A DNA stretch of 63,994 nt, filler included, from Octopus bimaculoides (taxonomy: Eukaryota), in assembly GCF_001194135.2 (NCBI RefSeq). It is 7 parts of 7 records of this genome, joined end to end, with 100 filler letters (N's around TTAATTAATTAA, not from the genome) between each part and the next. Parts side by side here need not be neighbours in the genome. Positions count along the whole stretch, not along the records: positions 23,692 to 35,451 come from NC_068993.1; positions 35,552 to 38,686 come from NC_069004.1; 5 more parts are not named here. The stretch is one strand, 5' to 3'. A model generated the notes under the pieces. That model made no database searches. It was not told the DNA's origin and worked only from the letters and a program-made list of their open reading frames with translations. Both the position numbers and the translations under genes were made by a program. This document shows, piece by piece, positions 24,978 to 38,786 of this stretch; positions within the stretch are counted from its first letter, which is position 1; each line of letters opens with the position of its first letter.

Positions 24978-25710
24978 ACATAAATGCATACGTACATATG
25001 CATGTGGGTTTGCGTGTGCATGCATGTATGCGTTAACATATGTACGTATCTATGTATATATAGATTATAGATGTATGTATATATGCATATGTATATGCTT
25101 GTAGGTATCTTAGTATGCATATATGTGTGTGTGTGCGTGCGTATGTATGAAGATTTATGCCAAAGTAGAATCCATTATTAAATGTTCAATAATTGCAGTA
25201 AATTTCCAAAATCACTTATAATTAATTAGAAATAATGCATATATTTATAGGATAGTAACAACTAAACACTGATATATCTGGGCAATCACATTTATACGCG
25301 TATCACTCACTCACAACACCTACTTTACAACCCCCACGTACAAATTTTACAGATACATGAAACCAAAGTAATTACTGGCCTTCTGCTCCATGGTGATAGA
25401 CTTTCTAGAAATAGTAAGTTTGCCATTCTGACTTAATGTCTTGACATTGGATAATACATCCTGAAACTTTCATTTCTAAGTTAAGATTCGAATAACATTT
25501 GCTGAAATATCTTTAATCACATGTCTGTTCAATTTGTCTTGCCTGATATATGTCTAAAGAAGAACATCAACAACATGGACGCAATCACACAAATCTCACA
25601 AATTTATCCATTTGTGCATATAAGAATAGTCACACATGAATACACATAAGTACAGCTAGTACCCACTCACTCACTAATTTTTGTGTGCATGTATAAATAT
25701 ATATATATGA

Positions 25711-25759
<49 letters not shown>

Positions 25760-27511
25760 TCTATATGTGTGTACATATATATGTCGAGGGCGTGTGTATA
25801 TGAGTACATGTGAGTGTGTGTNNNNNNNNNNNNNNNNNNNNNNNNNNNNNNNNNNNNNNNNNNNNNNNNNNNNNNNNNNNNNNNNNNNNNNNNNNNNNNN
25901 NNNNNNNNNNNNNNNNNNNNNNNNNNNNNNNNNNNNNNNNNNNNNNNNNNNNNNNNNNNNNNNNNNNNNNNNNNNNNNNNNNNNNNNNNNNNNNNNNNNN
26001 NNNNNNNNNNNNNNNNNNNNNNNNNNNNNNNNNNNNNNNNNNNNNNNNNNNNNNNNNNNNNNNNNNNNNNNNNNNNNNNNNNNNNNNNNNNNNNNNNNNN
26101 NNNNNNNNNNNNNNNNNNNNNNNNNNNNNNNNNNNNNNNNNNNNNNNNNNNNNNNNNNNNNNNNNNNNNNNNNNNNNNNNNNNNNNNNNNNNNNNNNNNN
26201 NNNNNNNNNNNNNNNNNNNNNNNNNNNNNNNNNNNNNNNNNNNNNNNNNNNNNNNNNNNNNNNNNNNNNNNNNNNNNNNNNNATAAGGGACTAGTCAAAG
26301 CTTTCCTCTTCTCTCCCGCCAAACAGGTTGACTTTTCATAATGTAAATAAATTTTTAAGAAGTTTCAATTCTTTTCATATTCTACCCTTCTTATTTGGAG
26401 GTGTTTTCTGCTGCCACCAAAAGACTTTTAGCTTCACTGGAAGCGGAAAAAATTTTAATAAATCAAGATTTTACCTTAGGAAGTATTTAATATGTATCAG
26501 AGCACTGTCCCCTTGGGAGGTGTTGAGCTAATTTTGTTATTTATATCAGGCCTCATTGAACAGATCTATAATCAAAGGCGTGCCTGCTGGTGCCATCCTG
26601 TGATCATCTTAGACAGAAGACATTTCAGCTAAATTTGGTTTCAAATTCTAGTATTTCGAACGGAGACATAGAGGCACGCTTGTTTACTAGCCATAATAGA
26701 GGGTAATAAAAACATGTCTTTAGAACGCTTGCGTAAAAACTGCATCCAATTGCGATAAAAGCAAATAAATTTACTTGAACGACTCTCCACCCAAACAACG
26801 CTGACTGACATCTCCAACAAATTACTGATACACATTTCCTCCGTCACAAATGAAGTGTCACATGTAAGTTAGGTGTTTGTTAGATGTGATGAAAATGGAA
26901 TCCGATGTAATAATGTTTAAATCCCAAAAGGAAAACCAAAATTATTTCCGGTTTATATCAAATCACGCGATTTTTTTACACCATATTGCGCATTCTTTCC
27001 GATACTTCTCAAATCAAACCAAATAACAAATGGAATCCAATTATTCAGAAAGCAGAGGGTGGCTAATGGTTTGGAAAGTCCCAATTTCACAGAAAAAGGA
27101 TTATATCACATCATAAACATTTTCATTATGACTTTTGTCAGAAATTTTCTGTGAACTGTGCTAAAAACTTTTTCAATCTGTCAATTAGCAGATATCTACA
27201 GCTGAGAACCAAAATTACTGCATCTTTTATTTATGGTGCCATACACTATTGATTTCTAAGAAAACCATAACAATACACACTTTGAGGGAGAGTATAATCT
27301 AAAACTACATGGTTCCTTACACACACAAGTTCTAGGAAATGCCTTGATTACTACTCTTCCTCCATTCGGCGAGCAACTTAAAAATCCTTGAGTATCTGTA
27401 CCTGGTACTTATTTTATCTACTCTGCGAGTTGATAAAAGCATCGACTTCCCATTTCAGTTCAGTCGTAAATCCATATATATATATATGAGTCTGTGTGTG
27501 TGTTTGCGTGA

Positions 27512-27544
<33 letters not shown>

Positions 27545-28357
27545 TGTGTGTGCGTGTGTGTATGTGTGTGTATGCATGTCTTCACGTACACATGTATGTA
27601 CATATGTGTGTATATGGATATTGGGAATAAGTATAATTGGAATCACTGGACAATATGCTTAGCAGAGAGAGGGAGAAAGAGAGAGATGGAGTAAGTTTTT
27701 AAATTTCATATCCACCACCAATTAAGTGAAATTACAAGGACCAATTTAGCTATCGAACGTGTTTTTTCGCATTAATGCATTTCTATACTAATGCTACACC
27801 CCTCCACCCATTCACCCACTTGCACTACTTTCATAGACATGACCAATCACGTTTGTTCAACTAGTATCAACTTCATCTAATCCAAAAGAATTTCGGAAAA
27901 AAGTCAAAATAAAACAAAAGAAAGTAACAGACTTAATATCGAATGTTGCTGCTTTATCTCCAATTTTCAAACTCATCTGTAGCATTAATTTTAAAGATAG
28001 ATTTTAACATCTTTCTCATTACTAATGATCTGTTAGGTTTCAATTTTTTCGTTTTGCTATAATATTTATTTACTTATTTATGTTTTCTGGCGTTTATTTT
28101 CTTTTATTTATATCCGTATTTTGTTGAGGCAATAATATAAGTTAGACAGGCTTTTGGGAAAATTAAGAATCTACTAATATTGTCAGGAATGGCTTCAAGA
28201 ACATATTTCTAGAATATTTTAATAAGTAATCCAGAGCTCCAAATAATGTTGCACGAATCGGTCTGATATTACAGCAGCGAATGATGATGATCAATAAATG
28301 AAAACGAGACAAGAAACTATAGCGTGTATGTATGTAGTTATAAATTCCAACTCTGGG

Positions 28358-28433
<76 letters not shown>

Positions 28434-29895
28434 CATTATTATTATTATTATCATTATTAGTATTATTATCCTACATTACATTGGCACAGCTCCGTACAAA
28501 CCTGCATTATTAGACTGTGGCCGACATAATGGAATAGGTGCATTTATATGCATACTCAAAAACATTTCCCGTAAACGTACTTAAACGATATATATATATA
28601 ATTAGAATAAAATGAGAAGACGGAATGGTGTTATTTCATCGTTCGACGCCCACAAGGGAGCTGTGCATCTTGAAGATGAAACAATTATTGTGCTAATATA
28701 ATTTACTTTTGGTCCTAGATTATATCTACTCTTNNNNNNNNNNNNNNNNNNNNNNNNNNNNNNNNNNNNNNNNNNNNNNNNNNNNNNNNNNNNNNNNNNN
28801 NNNNNNNNNNNNNNNNNNNNNNNNNNNNNNNNNNNNNNNNNNNNNNNNNNNNNNNNNNNNNNNNNNNNNNNNNNNNNNNNNNNNNNNNNNNNNNNNNNNN
28901 NNNNNNNNNNNNNNNNNNNNNNNNNNNNNNNNNNNNNNNNNNNNNNNNNNNNNNNNNNNNNNNNNNNNNNNNNNNNNNNNNNNNNNNNNNNNNNNNNNNN
29001 NNNNNNNNNNNNNNNNNNNNNNNNNNNNNNNNNNNNNNNNNNNNNNNNNNNNNNNNNNNNNNNNNNNNNNNNNNNNNNNNNNNNNNNNNNNNNNNNNNNN
29101 NNNNNNNNNNNNNNNNNNNNNNNNNNNNNNNNNNNNNNNNNNNNNNNNNNNNNNNNNNNNNNNNNNNNNNNNNNNNNNNNNNNNNNNNNNNNNNNNNNNN
29201 NNNNNNNNNNNNNNNNNNNNNNNNNNNNNNNNNNNNNNNNNNNNNNNNNNNNNNNNNNNNNNNNNNNNNNNNNNNNNNNNNNNNNNNNNNNNNNNNNNNN
29301 NNNNNNNNNNNNNNNNNNNNNNNNNNNNNNNNNNNNNNNNNNNNNNNNNNNNNNNNNNNNNNNNNNNNNNNNNNNNNNNNNNNNNNNNNNNNNNNNNNNN
29401 NNNNNNNNNNNNNNNNNNNNNNNNNNNNNNNNNNNNNNNNNNNNNNNNNNNNNNNNNNNNNNNNNNNNNTGTGTGTGTGTGTGTGTATGTATTATGTATG
29501 TATGTATACTCACAAAGTGCATTTTAGGATAGTTAAAATATGCTTATGACATTTCAACTGCTAAAAGGTAAATTCACTACAGTTACCGCGATGGAAATTT
29601 TCTCTTATGGTAAAAAGTTGTAAAAACACCAGAGATGGTATCTCAATACCGTTTTACAACAAGAACGAATTTTTTTCTCGGCGGTAAATGCAGTGCATTT
29701 GCCTCTACGAGTTGAGATATGTTACAGATATATTTTAACTATGCCTAATCCCTGCCAGGCGCTGATACTGCTGATATAGTCTCAAACATATAACACATAC
29801 ATGATACATAGACATAGATTAATATGTGTATAAGGAAGATGAAAGCATTTTGTTTCAACGATGGCACACATACTGATGAATGCCTGTGACTTTAG

Positions 29896-30043
29896 ACGTC
29901 ACGGATCTTGGAGTATCTTCAAAATATCTGACAGTGACGTATTTCATTGTCAATGATGATAATGTTAGCGCATGCCTAAGATTATTCTTCTCACTGAGTA
30001 AAAACTTTGGCTACGAAGAAAGATCTTCAAGAACATTTTGCAG
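29896..30043 (+). CDS. Candidate exon A of a Cys-patterned secreted protein (alternative acceptor at 29935)
   Basis: Acceptor GACTTTAG, open frame DVTDLG...NVSACLRLFFSLSKNFGYEERSSRTFCR, donor CAG|GTACAC in phase 2, matching exon B's phase. Confidence 0.4.
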
Positions 30044-30248
30044 GTACACAATGCTTCTCATGAGGAATCAAAAATATCTCCTGCCGCCTTTAATGACTAT
30101 TGCTACCGTGCTACCAGATGCTAAACTTTGGGGAATATCAGCACAGTAACAGAATGCTAAGACCACTCAACCATATTGATGTTGTTGACAGAGACACGTG
30201 ACATCAAATTGAGAGACTGCGTGTGTGTGTGAGTGTGTGTGTGTGTGC

Positions 30249-30285
<37 letters not shown>

Positions 30286-31013
30286 TGTGTGTGTACATAT
30301 GTGTGCCATGTTTATATACGTGTGCATTGTGTCATGTGGGTGCCACGTGTATATGTGACGTGTTACAGAAAAATGTCAGTAAATAGCGAATATATTTGAA
30401 AAATGAAAATGAGTTTGGAACAATTGCGAAGTGATATGCGACACACGCAGAGATGCTCGATGGATTAATCCGCAGAACGGAAATGGGGTTCAGCCGGAAG
30501 TATTGAGTCAATTGAGGAGGAGGGTGATGTTGATGAATAAGGAACAGGTGTGACAGCGGGGACAGGAGGAACGAAGTGGATCAGACATGTGCCTTTAAAA
30601 GTGAGAAGGTGAAGAGGAAATTCACAGAATCGTACTTGGGATTTCGGCATGCGCTGGAAAGGGTTATGGGGGTAGTAGATGAAAGAAAAGGAAGGCAATT
30701 GTAGGTAAAGTGGAAGGGAGTACAGTGGAGGCACTGTCGACTTCAGGATCATGGATGAAGCCAGTTCGGACTAGATGAGGGTTTTCGTATCGAATAAAGT
30801 ATTGAAAAAGAGATTTAAGATTATCTCCGAATCATAGCTCCGTCCACGGAGACATTAGAGGCGGATCAATTGTAAGTAGCGGGTAAAGCCTCTGATGTGG
30901 AAGCACGGGAAGAGAGGTATTCAAGAGATTCAGTGTGGGTTTGTGGATTTGTAAAAGACGGAAATTTTGCTAAAGCTAATTAGGAGATAAACTGCAGTAT
31001 ATACGTGTGTGTT

Positions 31014-31036
31014 GATAGATAGATAGATAGATAGAC

Positions 31037-31094
<58 letters not shown>

Positions 31095-31282
31095 AATCGC
31101 ATATATACATATTATATATATAAAGAAATTTGTATGTAGATGAATACAAATGTATGTCCGTGTATGTGCATTTTTGTGTGTGCGCGCAAGCGCACTATGT
31201 GGAATAGCTGAACAAAACCAAATATAAATTTTCATTTCAGCGTTTATATATTTTGTCCGTGTTCTTGTAAACGACTTTTTGT

Positions 31283-31378
<96 letters not shown>
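31014..31378. repeat. (GATA)n and (CT)n microsatellites
   Basis: Seen at 31014-31093 and 31285-31378; source of the poly-ER ORFs. Confidence 0.95.
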
Positions 31379-31380
<2 letters not shown>

Positions 31381-33281
31381 AAATATTTTCATTAAGGCAG
31401 AAATGGTGAATATTGATAGAGGTGGGTCGGAGGTGGTTACAGAATACACAGAAAATTAATATCATTTTTTTTATTTGGCGGCGTTTTCATTTATCCTGGG
31501 GTTACGATGCTGGTTGTTTAATTAAAAGCACCACCGAATTTATTTTTCCACCAATAGTTTGCGAGCCAAAGGTTTTGTACTCGAAACCCATATAGTAATA
31601 AAGTTTAAAAAAATAATAATGAAGACTTAACACAGCGAATATTCTATCAGAGAACGTAAAATATCTCAGATAAATTACAGATACATACATTTACTCTGTC
31701 GATAAATGTAATGTCATGGCATGTAATATCGGTTTCCTTTAACATTCTATACTTTTTATATTAGAAGAATCGAGAAGTCGATACAATAATGTTTTCCCCA
31801 AAAGCAATAACATTATTATTTTGTGTATATATCTATAAAAAACTCTTGTTCATTATATCTGTTGTCCAATAAGCCAAACAACAAGAGGAATTCAATAATG
31901 AACAAATCATCAAGTGCCTTAGCTTTGGGGTTCTTTCACAAAGAGAGAGGATTATGTCATATGACTCGTCTTCTTCTTGCATCTCTTGTTAGAATGTTGC
32001 TGAAAAATGAGCTGAAGCTGATCAGAAGACAAAGTAAAAAAAAATTACCTTCAGCAGAGAATCAAAATTGCTTCCTGTTCTAGGGTGTCACATAGTAACA
32101 GCTTCTAATAAGGTTACTGGTCCATGCCCTTTCACGGAGAATATATTCTGTTATAACTCCTTTCTGTATGAACATTATAATACTGTTGTAAATACTTGAA
32201 CTTTTCCTGTAAAGAAAGAGTTGATTCCATTCAGAAAACATCACCGGAATGTAGATGACTACAAAGATAGATTCAGATTTAGACGTTGAACTTCAGAAAT
32301 GATGACTGGCCAATTTCTTTCCTTGAAAACAACTGATTTTTAAAAGTACCACCTAAACATTTAGTAAAAATGCTATGGTTACCAATAATAAAATTTAAAA
32401 GCATCACTGGAGTAAGTTTTAAATAGCTGTCCGTAAGTACCCTCTTCCTCATTGATGTTAAATAAAATCTTCACATGTGCAGGGGAGTTGACCTCAATGG
32501 CAGAACATGATTTTACTTTTAGGCCCGAAGCTGTCATATGTAGCCAACGAAATTGCATCTTTTAGTAACAGCATCATCCTACATAACATGTTAGTAATTT
32601 AATGGCATTTTCTAGTAACTGCTGTTCACACACCTTAATACCTTCTATAGAAATGTGAAATAATCAATATTTTTTGTCGCGTTTTACGAACGTAAGCACT
32701 TAAAAGTTTAACTTGCTCATGGGACATTTTGCTGCTCTAGCCAGTTCTTGAACTTCTAAAACATAACCTTCAAAATTTGACGTTACTTAATAATTAAGTC
32801 TAAGAGATATTACACATCCTTCTACAGTTTACGGAAAGCATACCTTTATTTTTAACCCAAGGTTGCATCCAAGATATGCTACACTTCCTGTCGTCCTTAA
32901 GTGTGCGAGAAACATATTTCTATATGTAACTCACTTATTTGGGAGAAAGGTTATGCAGAATGTTTGTCTTCCAGATCTTTGTTAAAGTATAACAGCCCAC
33001 CAATTCTGGCATCGACGGATGCCATTCAGAAGTGAATAAGTCAGCAGTTCACTCCCGACCCATAAAAAGTAGCTCTCTTTCATTTTGGGCATATAGCGGA
33101 CTATATGTTTTTTGCTGCAAATGTTGCTGTTGGTTGACTGATATATTTGTTCATACTCTTCTTATTGATTGCATCATAGATAGCCACACACATAGCCTTC
33201 CACATACATACATACATACATATGTGTGTGCGTGTGCCTGTGTGTTTGTGTGCGTGTATACATCAATATGTATATATATTC

Positions 33282-33490
33282 TTTTATTTGTTTCAGTCAT
33301 TTGACTGCGACCATGCTGAGGTATCACATTGAAAGGCTCTTCAGTTGAACAGATCGACCCGGCACTTTTTAAAGCTAGTACTTATTATATCGGTCTGTTT
33401 AACCGAACCGCTAAGTTACGTGGACGCTAAGTTACGGCTGTCAAGCGATAATGGAAGGGCATACACAGACACAAAGACACACACACAGAT
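33282..33490 (-). mobile_element. SINE family A 3' half
   Basis: TTGTTTCAGTCATTTGACTGCGACCATGCTG...GAACCGCTAAGTTACG. Confidence 0.8.
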
Positions 33491-33493
33491 ATT

Positions 33494-33541
<48 letters not shown>

Positions 33542-33545
33542 TCTC

Positions 33546-33585
<40 letters not shown>

Positions 33586-33588
33586 CCA

Positions 33589-33712
33589 CGGGTTCGCAAG
33601 GACAGGCGCTGCTTTCGTTCCCATCGCAATACCGCATGTTTGGCAGTAGTATGTTGTATCGAATAGGAAGTAATTGTTTTGTAGGATGAACTTCAGGGAT
33701 TCAATATATATA
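33589..33712 (-). mobile_element. Penelope-like RT fragment
   Basis: ESLKFILQNNYFLFDTTYYCQTCGIAMGTKAAPVLAN = PLE RT motif 4 (QxxGxAMG...AP..AN); runs into a gap. Confidence 0.85.
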
Positions 33713-35552
33713 NNNNNNNNNNNNNNNNNNNNNNNNNNNNNNNNNNNNNNNNNNNNNNNNNNNNNNNNNNNNNNNNNNNNNNNNNNNNNNNNNNNNNNNN
33801 NNNNNNNNNNNNNNNNNNNNNNNNNNNNNNNNNNNNNNNNNNNNNNNNNNNNNNNNNNNNNNNNNNNNNNNNNNNNNNNNNNNNNNNNNNNNNNNNNNNN
33901 NNNNNNNNNNNNNNNNNNNNNNNNNNNNNNNNNNNNNNNNNNNNNNNNNNNNNNNNNNNNNNNNNNNNNNNNNNNNNNNNNNNNNNNNNNNNNNNNNNNN
34001 NNNNNNNNNNNNNNNNNNNNNNNNNNNNNNNNNNNNNNNNNNNNNNNNNNNNNNNNNNNNNNNNNNNNNNNNNNNNNNNNNNNNNNNNNNNNNNNNNNNN
34101 NNNNNNNNNNNNNNNNNNNNNNNNNNNNNNNNNNNNNNNNNNNNNNNNNNNNNNNNNNNNNNNNNNNNNNNNNNNNNNNNNNNNNNNNNNNNNNNNNNNN
34201 NNNNNNNNNNNNNNNNNNNNNNNNNNNNNNNNNNNNNNNNNNNNNNNNNNNNNNNNNNNNNNNNNNNNNNNNNNNNNNNNNNNNNNNNNNNNNNNNNNNN
34301 NNNNNNNNNNNNNNNNNNNNNNNNNNNNNNNNNNNNNNNNNNNNNNNNNNNNNNNNNNNNNNNNNNNNNNNNNNNNNNNNNNNNNNNNNNNNNNNNNNNN
34401 NNNNNNNNNNNNNNNNNNNNNNNNNNNNNNNNNNNNNNNNNNNNNNNNNNNNNNNNNNNNNNNNNNNNNNNNNNNNNNNNNNNNNNNAGAAAAAAGGGGA
34501 GGAAATAGAAGATAGGTGAGCAATGAGAGACAGGGACGAAGAGAGAGATATAGTAGTAACAGAAGGAAGAACGATAGGGGGAAAGAGAGAGATATAGTAG
34601 TAACAGAAGGAAGAACGAGAGGGGGAAAAAGATACAAAGATAGATAAAGTCGCGTCAGAAAATATAAAGTTCAAAACTTACTTACAGGGATGACGCGTGC
34701 GTTCGATCATGTAATGGGTTTGTGTGGGGGGAGTGTATGTGTGTACGTATCCGACCACTGAATACTAAAGGTCAGCTAAAGAAATTCACACATGTAACTA
34801 ACCATGAAGGAAAGATCAGCGATACAACCAAATAAAATACCAATCCTATTCAATAGACAGTCATCTACTAAAATACCCACCTACTACCTTTCATAGCAGT
34901 CAGTTAAACGCGCTCTGGCAGCACACACCATGAGTTTATTAGCCTCTACTGATTTCAAACCACGACTGAAGAAAGGGTTGGCCTTGATGTCGATGAAATT
35001 AAACTAACGGAGACAACACTCGCATATTGTTGAAAAAACACAATAAAAAATTGCAAAATCAAATAGCTGTATTCCTGGAGAACTGCGTTGCGTCTAAACA
35101 ATTGCAGCGATTAAAAAATAACTGCCCAACAGTACTCCTCTTGTTAACTCCAATTTCTTCAATTTTATATTCACACACGATGAATGCACAAATTTAAAAC
35201 TTGAAAGTATATAATAGTACTACCGGATAGTAGTACTGGGCAATTCCGAAGGTGGACGAGCTTTATACTCTACTCTACCGCGTTCTTAATGGGATCTTTT
35301 ATTCTTTTATTTGTTTCATTCATTTGACTGCGGCCATGCTGGAGTATCGCCTTTAGTCGAACAAACCAGTGTGACTGAACCCGGAACCATACGGTTCGTA
35401 AACAAACTACTTACCAGACAGCCACTCCTGCGCCTAATACACACACACACANNNNNNNNNNNNNNNNNNNNNNNNNNNNNNNNNNNNNNNNNNNNTTAAT
35501 TAATTAANNNNNNNNNNNNNNNNNNNNNNNNNNNNNNNNNNNNNNNNNNNNT

Positions 35553-35920
35553 GTGGCCATGCTGGAGCACCGCCTTTAGTCGAGCAAATCGACCCCAGGA
35601 CTTATTCTTTGGAAGCCTAGTACTTATTCTTTCGGTCTCTTTTGCCGAACCGCTAAGTTACGGGGACATAAACACACCAGCATCGGTTGTCAAGCGATGC
35701 TGGGGGGACAAACACAGACATACAAACACATACACACATACATATATATATATATACATATATACGACAGGCTTCTTTCAGTTTCCGTCTACCAAATCCA
35801 CTCACAAGGCATTAGTCGGCCCGAGGCTATAGTAGAAGGCACTTGCCCAAGATGCCACGCAGTGGGACTGAACCCGGGACCATGTGGTTTGTAAGCAAGC
35901 TACTTACCACACAGCCACTA
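35553..35920 (-). mobile_element. SINE family A, near full length (further fragments at 35303-35450)
   Basis: Close match to 19661-20092. Confidence 0.9.
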
Positions 35921-36486
35921 CATGCGCATATTTATAAAATACACTTTAATTGAAATAAAGTTTCCCCAAAATTAAACATTTAATATAATAAATATGTTTA
36001 TTATCATCAACAAATCAGTCATTATCCCTTCTTCTTCTACATGAATATAAACTATGTTTTATATACAAACCTATTATTTTATGGATATTAATACCCCCCC
36101 TAAAAATATTAGATATTGAACCAGTATTTCCTTGGATTACACCATCCCTTCGTGATGTAAACATAATTTCTAACTGAATTGTATATATATATATATAAAA
36201 CAAACGATTGTTAAAGTTTCTCATATATTCTATTTTCCATCCTTGTCATTTGTTTATACTCAATGGACACTGAGGAATTTCCTGAGGTAGATCGAACAAC
36301 AGTTGTGTAAATACCTTGAAGGAAAATCAGGTAGACATAGGCAGTGAACGTGCTTCACCAGCTAACTACATACCCAATGTTTAATGTGTATGTATGTTTA
36401 TGAACACACATACACACACAAACATATATATATATATATATTTCTAATTTTGTAACCAGTGAATGTGTTTTCACTGAAAAGATATA

Positions 36487-36625
36487 TATATTTGTGAAGG
36501 CTAGACAGGCTTTTTCAACCAGCTGGTCAGCTACTTCAGGCTGATGACTAGCAATGACTCAGAAACATGTCCCTGAATGCAGACTAAAGCTGGGTGGGGA
36601 AGCTTGTCTCCCCTTCACAAATATA
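36487..36625 (+). ncRNA. 139-bp rod hairpin capped by a type-I hammerhead (core 36535-36577)
   Basis: TTCAGG-CTGATGA-CTAGCAATGACTCA-GAAA-CATG-TC-CCTGAA: perfect 6-bp stem I, canonical core, GUC triplet, palindrome ACATGT, weak stem II. The outer 14-bp perfect inverted repeat is 36487-36500/36612-36625. Confidence 0.65.
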
Positions 36626-36743
36626 AGGACACAGGAAATGTGTCAAGGCCAACAGGAAGTGGTCCAACTTCCTAGGGCTAAATAGCAGCAGTATGATTCC
36701 CTTAATGGGTCTGTCACATTAAGTTGACAGTAAACAACTGCTT

Positions 36744-36818
<75 letters not shown>

Positions 36819-38786
36819 TCTTTTACTCTTTCAGTCATGTGAATGGGATATCGCCAAGACTGCTAACTCTGAAGAGTGCTGGGTTACATAATAGGGCTGT
36901 TACCTAATATGTCATTGAACACCTAATGCGAAATCTGTTGGTAAGATCAACCATAATGGAAATATAGAACTGTACTCTTGGATTAATTTACCCACTCTGT
37001 TGACAAGTATTTGAGTGCATACTTTTTCTGACTTGTAGTTTCTTAGATGGTATATATATGATTACATTTTCTTTAACCGTTACATACACACACACATTAT
37101 TGTGTTTGGGGAGTCGTTCTGTTTTAATGCCTTCAAATAAATGAGTAAATGATTGGAAATCGAACTGGTGAGTGGGTTAATTAAGAAGGGCATTAAAACA
37201 CAATGACTCTCCCAATACAGTAAAATATGCTTTAACACACGAATTCACATAAAGAATCTTGCAAACCAAATACAAAAACGAAACAAACACACACACACAC
37301 ACATATAATGTATGTGTGTCTTTATTGTGTTTGTCCCCCATCTCTGCATGATAACCGGTGTTGGTTTGTGTACTGTTCAGCAAAAGAGACTGATCGAATA
37401 AATATCAGGCTTAAAAAGAAAAGTACTGACAGTGGTTGGTGAGAGGAAGGGGTCGCTGTGTTCGACCAAAACCTTTGAATGACGTATCCTAACAAGGCCG
37501 CAGTCCAGTGACTGAAGCATCTAAAAGTCGAGGGATAAACTACTTTATTTTAAGACCATGTTGACTTCTTTCCTACGTAATTTATCAACCAAATTCTACA
37601 AATTTTAGTTGTCTCCCTACCACCACCATCACCGCTGCCTTAGTCACTTTAAACGTATTTAACTGCTGTCTATAAAACAACAAGTCTATTGAGGCAACAC
37701 TCTTATCTTTAAAATAATGTTAATATAAAAATGCCCGTTTTCTTTTCACAAAAACTGGATTAAGTAAGTACATTTACGATAATTTTAAATACTATTCATT
37801 GTAAATAACAATTAATAGTCGTTTTTTAAAATACTGAAGTAGTTTTAATTAACGATACAGTTTTGTGTTGTAATAATGACAATATCTTGTTACATATTAT
37901 CCACTATGCAAACATACGGCGTGTTTAAAGTTTTATCAAGATTTATTTTGTGGGGATGTTTGCTTTGATATTTGACTGTGGGAAATCTCTGTAACTTATA
38001 GACATTATAAATATCGGCATAAACTTGTTGAAGCCACATGTGACAAACGACCACCGCCTGTAAAAAGAAAAAAAAGAATAGAGGCGATTACATAGAAACG
38101 ATATGTTGGTATGGTGTTGTTTTGTTGTTTATAAAATCAAATGTACAACAGTAATTAAAGTTAATTTAATCATAAGCTCCTTCAATAATTAATATAATCA
38201 CAAGCTCCTTCAGTGGCTCATAAAATTTACACTATATATCTTTGGAATCTCCGAGTGTCTGTAAAAATTCTAAGGTGTGTTTTACGTCTATAGAAACGTA
38301 CCAGAAAACGGTAATTAACTCGGTTTAATTAATAATTAATGCTTTTAGTCACTTGCACAACGAGGATTTGTCAGCCTGGTGAATGTATCGTGTTTCTGTA
38401 TTCAAGTTGTACATACTCATCAACTTCAGCTAATATTAGATACGTTTTTTGTTTTTTTTTAATAATTTAATAATCGCCAATGCGTGCCCTTCCCCTCGTT
38501 CTATATCCTCATAACTTCCTTAAAAATCAATATTTTTTGTAACGAGATTTTCCAGAAATGTATTTCGGATGGTGTAAATTACAATTGTGTGGGAGGCGGG
38601 GAAAATTGAAAAAAAAAAAAAAAGTTTTTATTTCTTTTAGGATCGTTCCTCCCACCTTTCCGTACAGTATTCGGTACTTTTTGGTTNNNNNNNNNNNNNN
38701 NNNNNNNNNNNNNNNNNNNNNNNNNNNNNNTTAATTAATTAANNNNNNNNNNNNNNNNNNNNNNNNNNNNNNNNNNNNNNNNNNNN

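Noticed and set aside
26560-26850. First exon with donor CAT|GTAAGT
   Set aside because: No signal-peptide frame, and the short ATG frame ends in a phase incompatible with exon A.
28612-28701. MRRRNGVISSFDAHKGAV as a WD40 fragment
   Set aside because: Short, no convincing splice sites, stop soon after.
31820-33030. Decayed coding sequence (LRR- or hAT-like words on the minus strand)
   Set aside because: Many stops and no diagnostic motif; the apparent 31-nt intron is too short.
34968-35005. Hammerhead CTGAAGA-AAGG/CCTT
   Set aside because: GAAA and stem I are absent.
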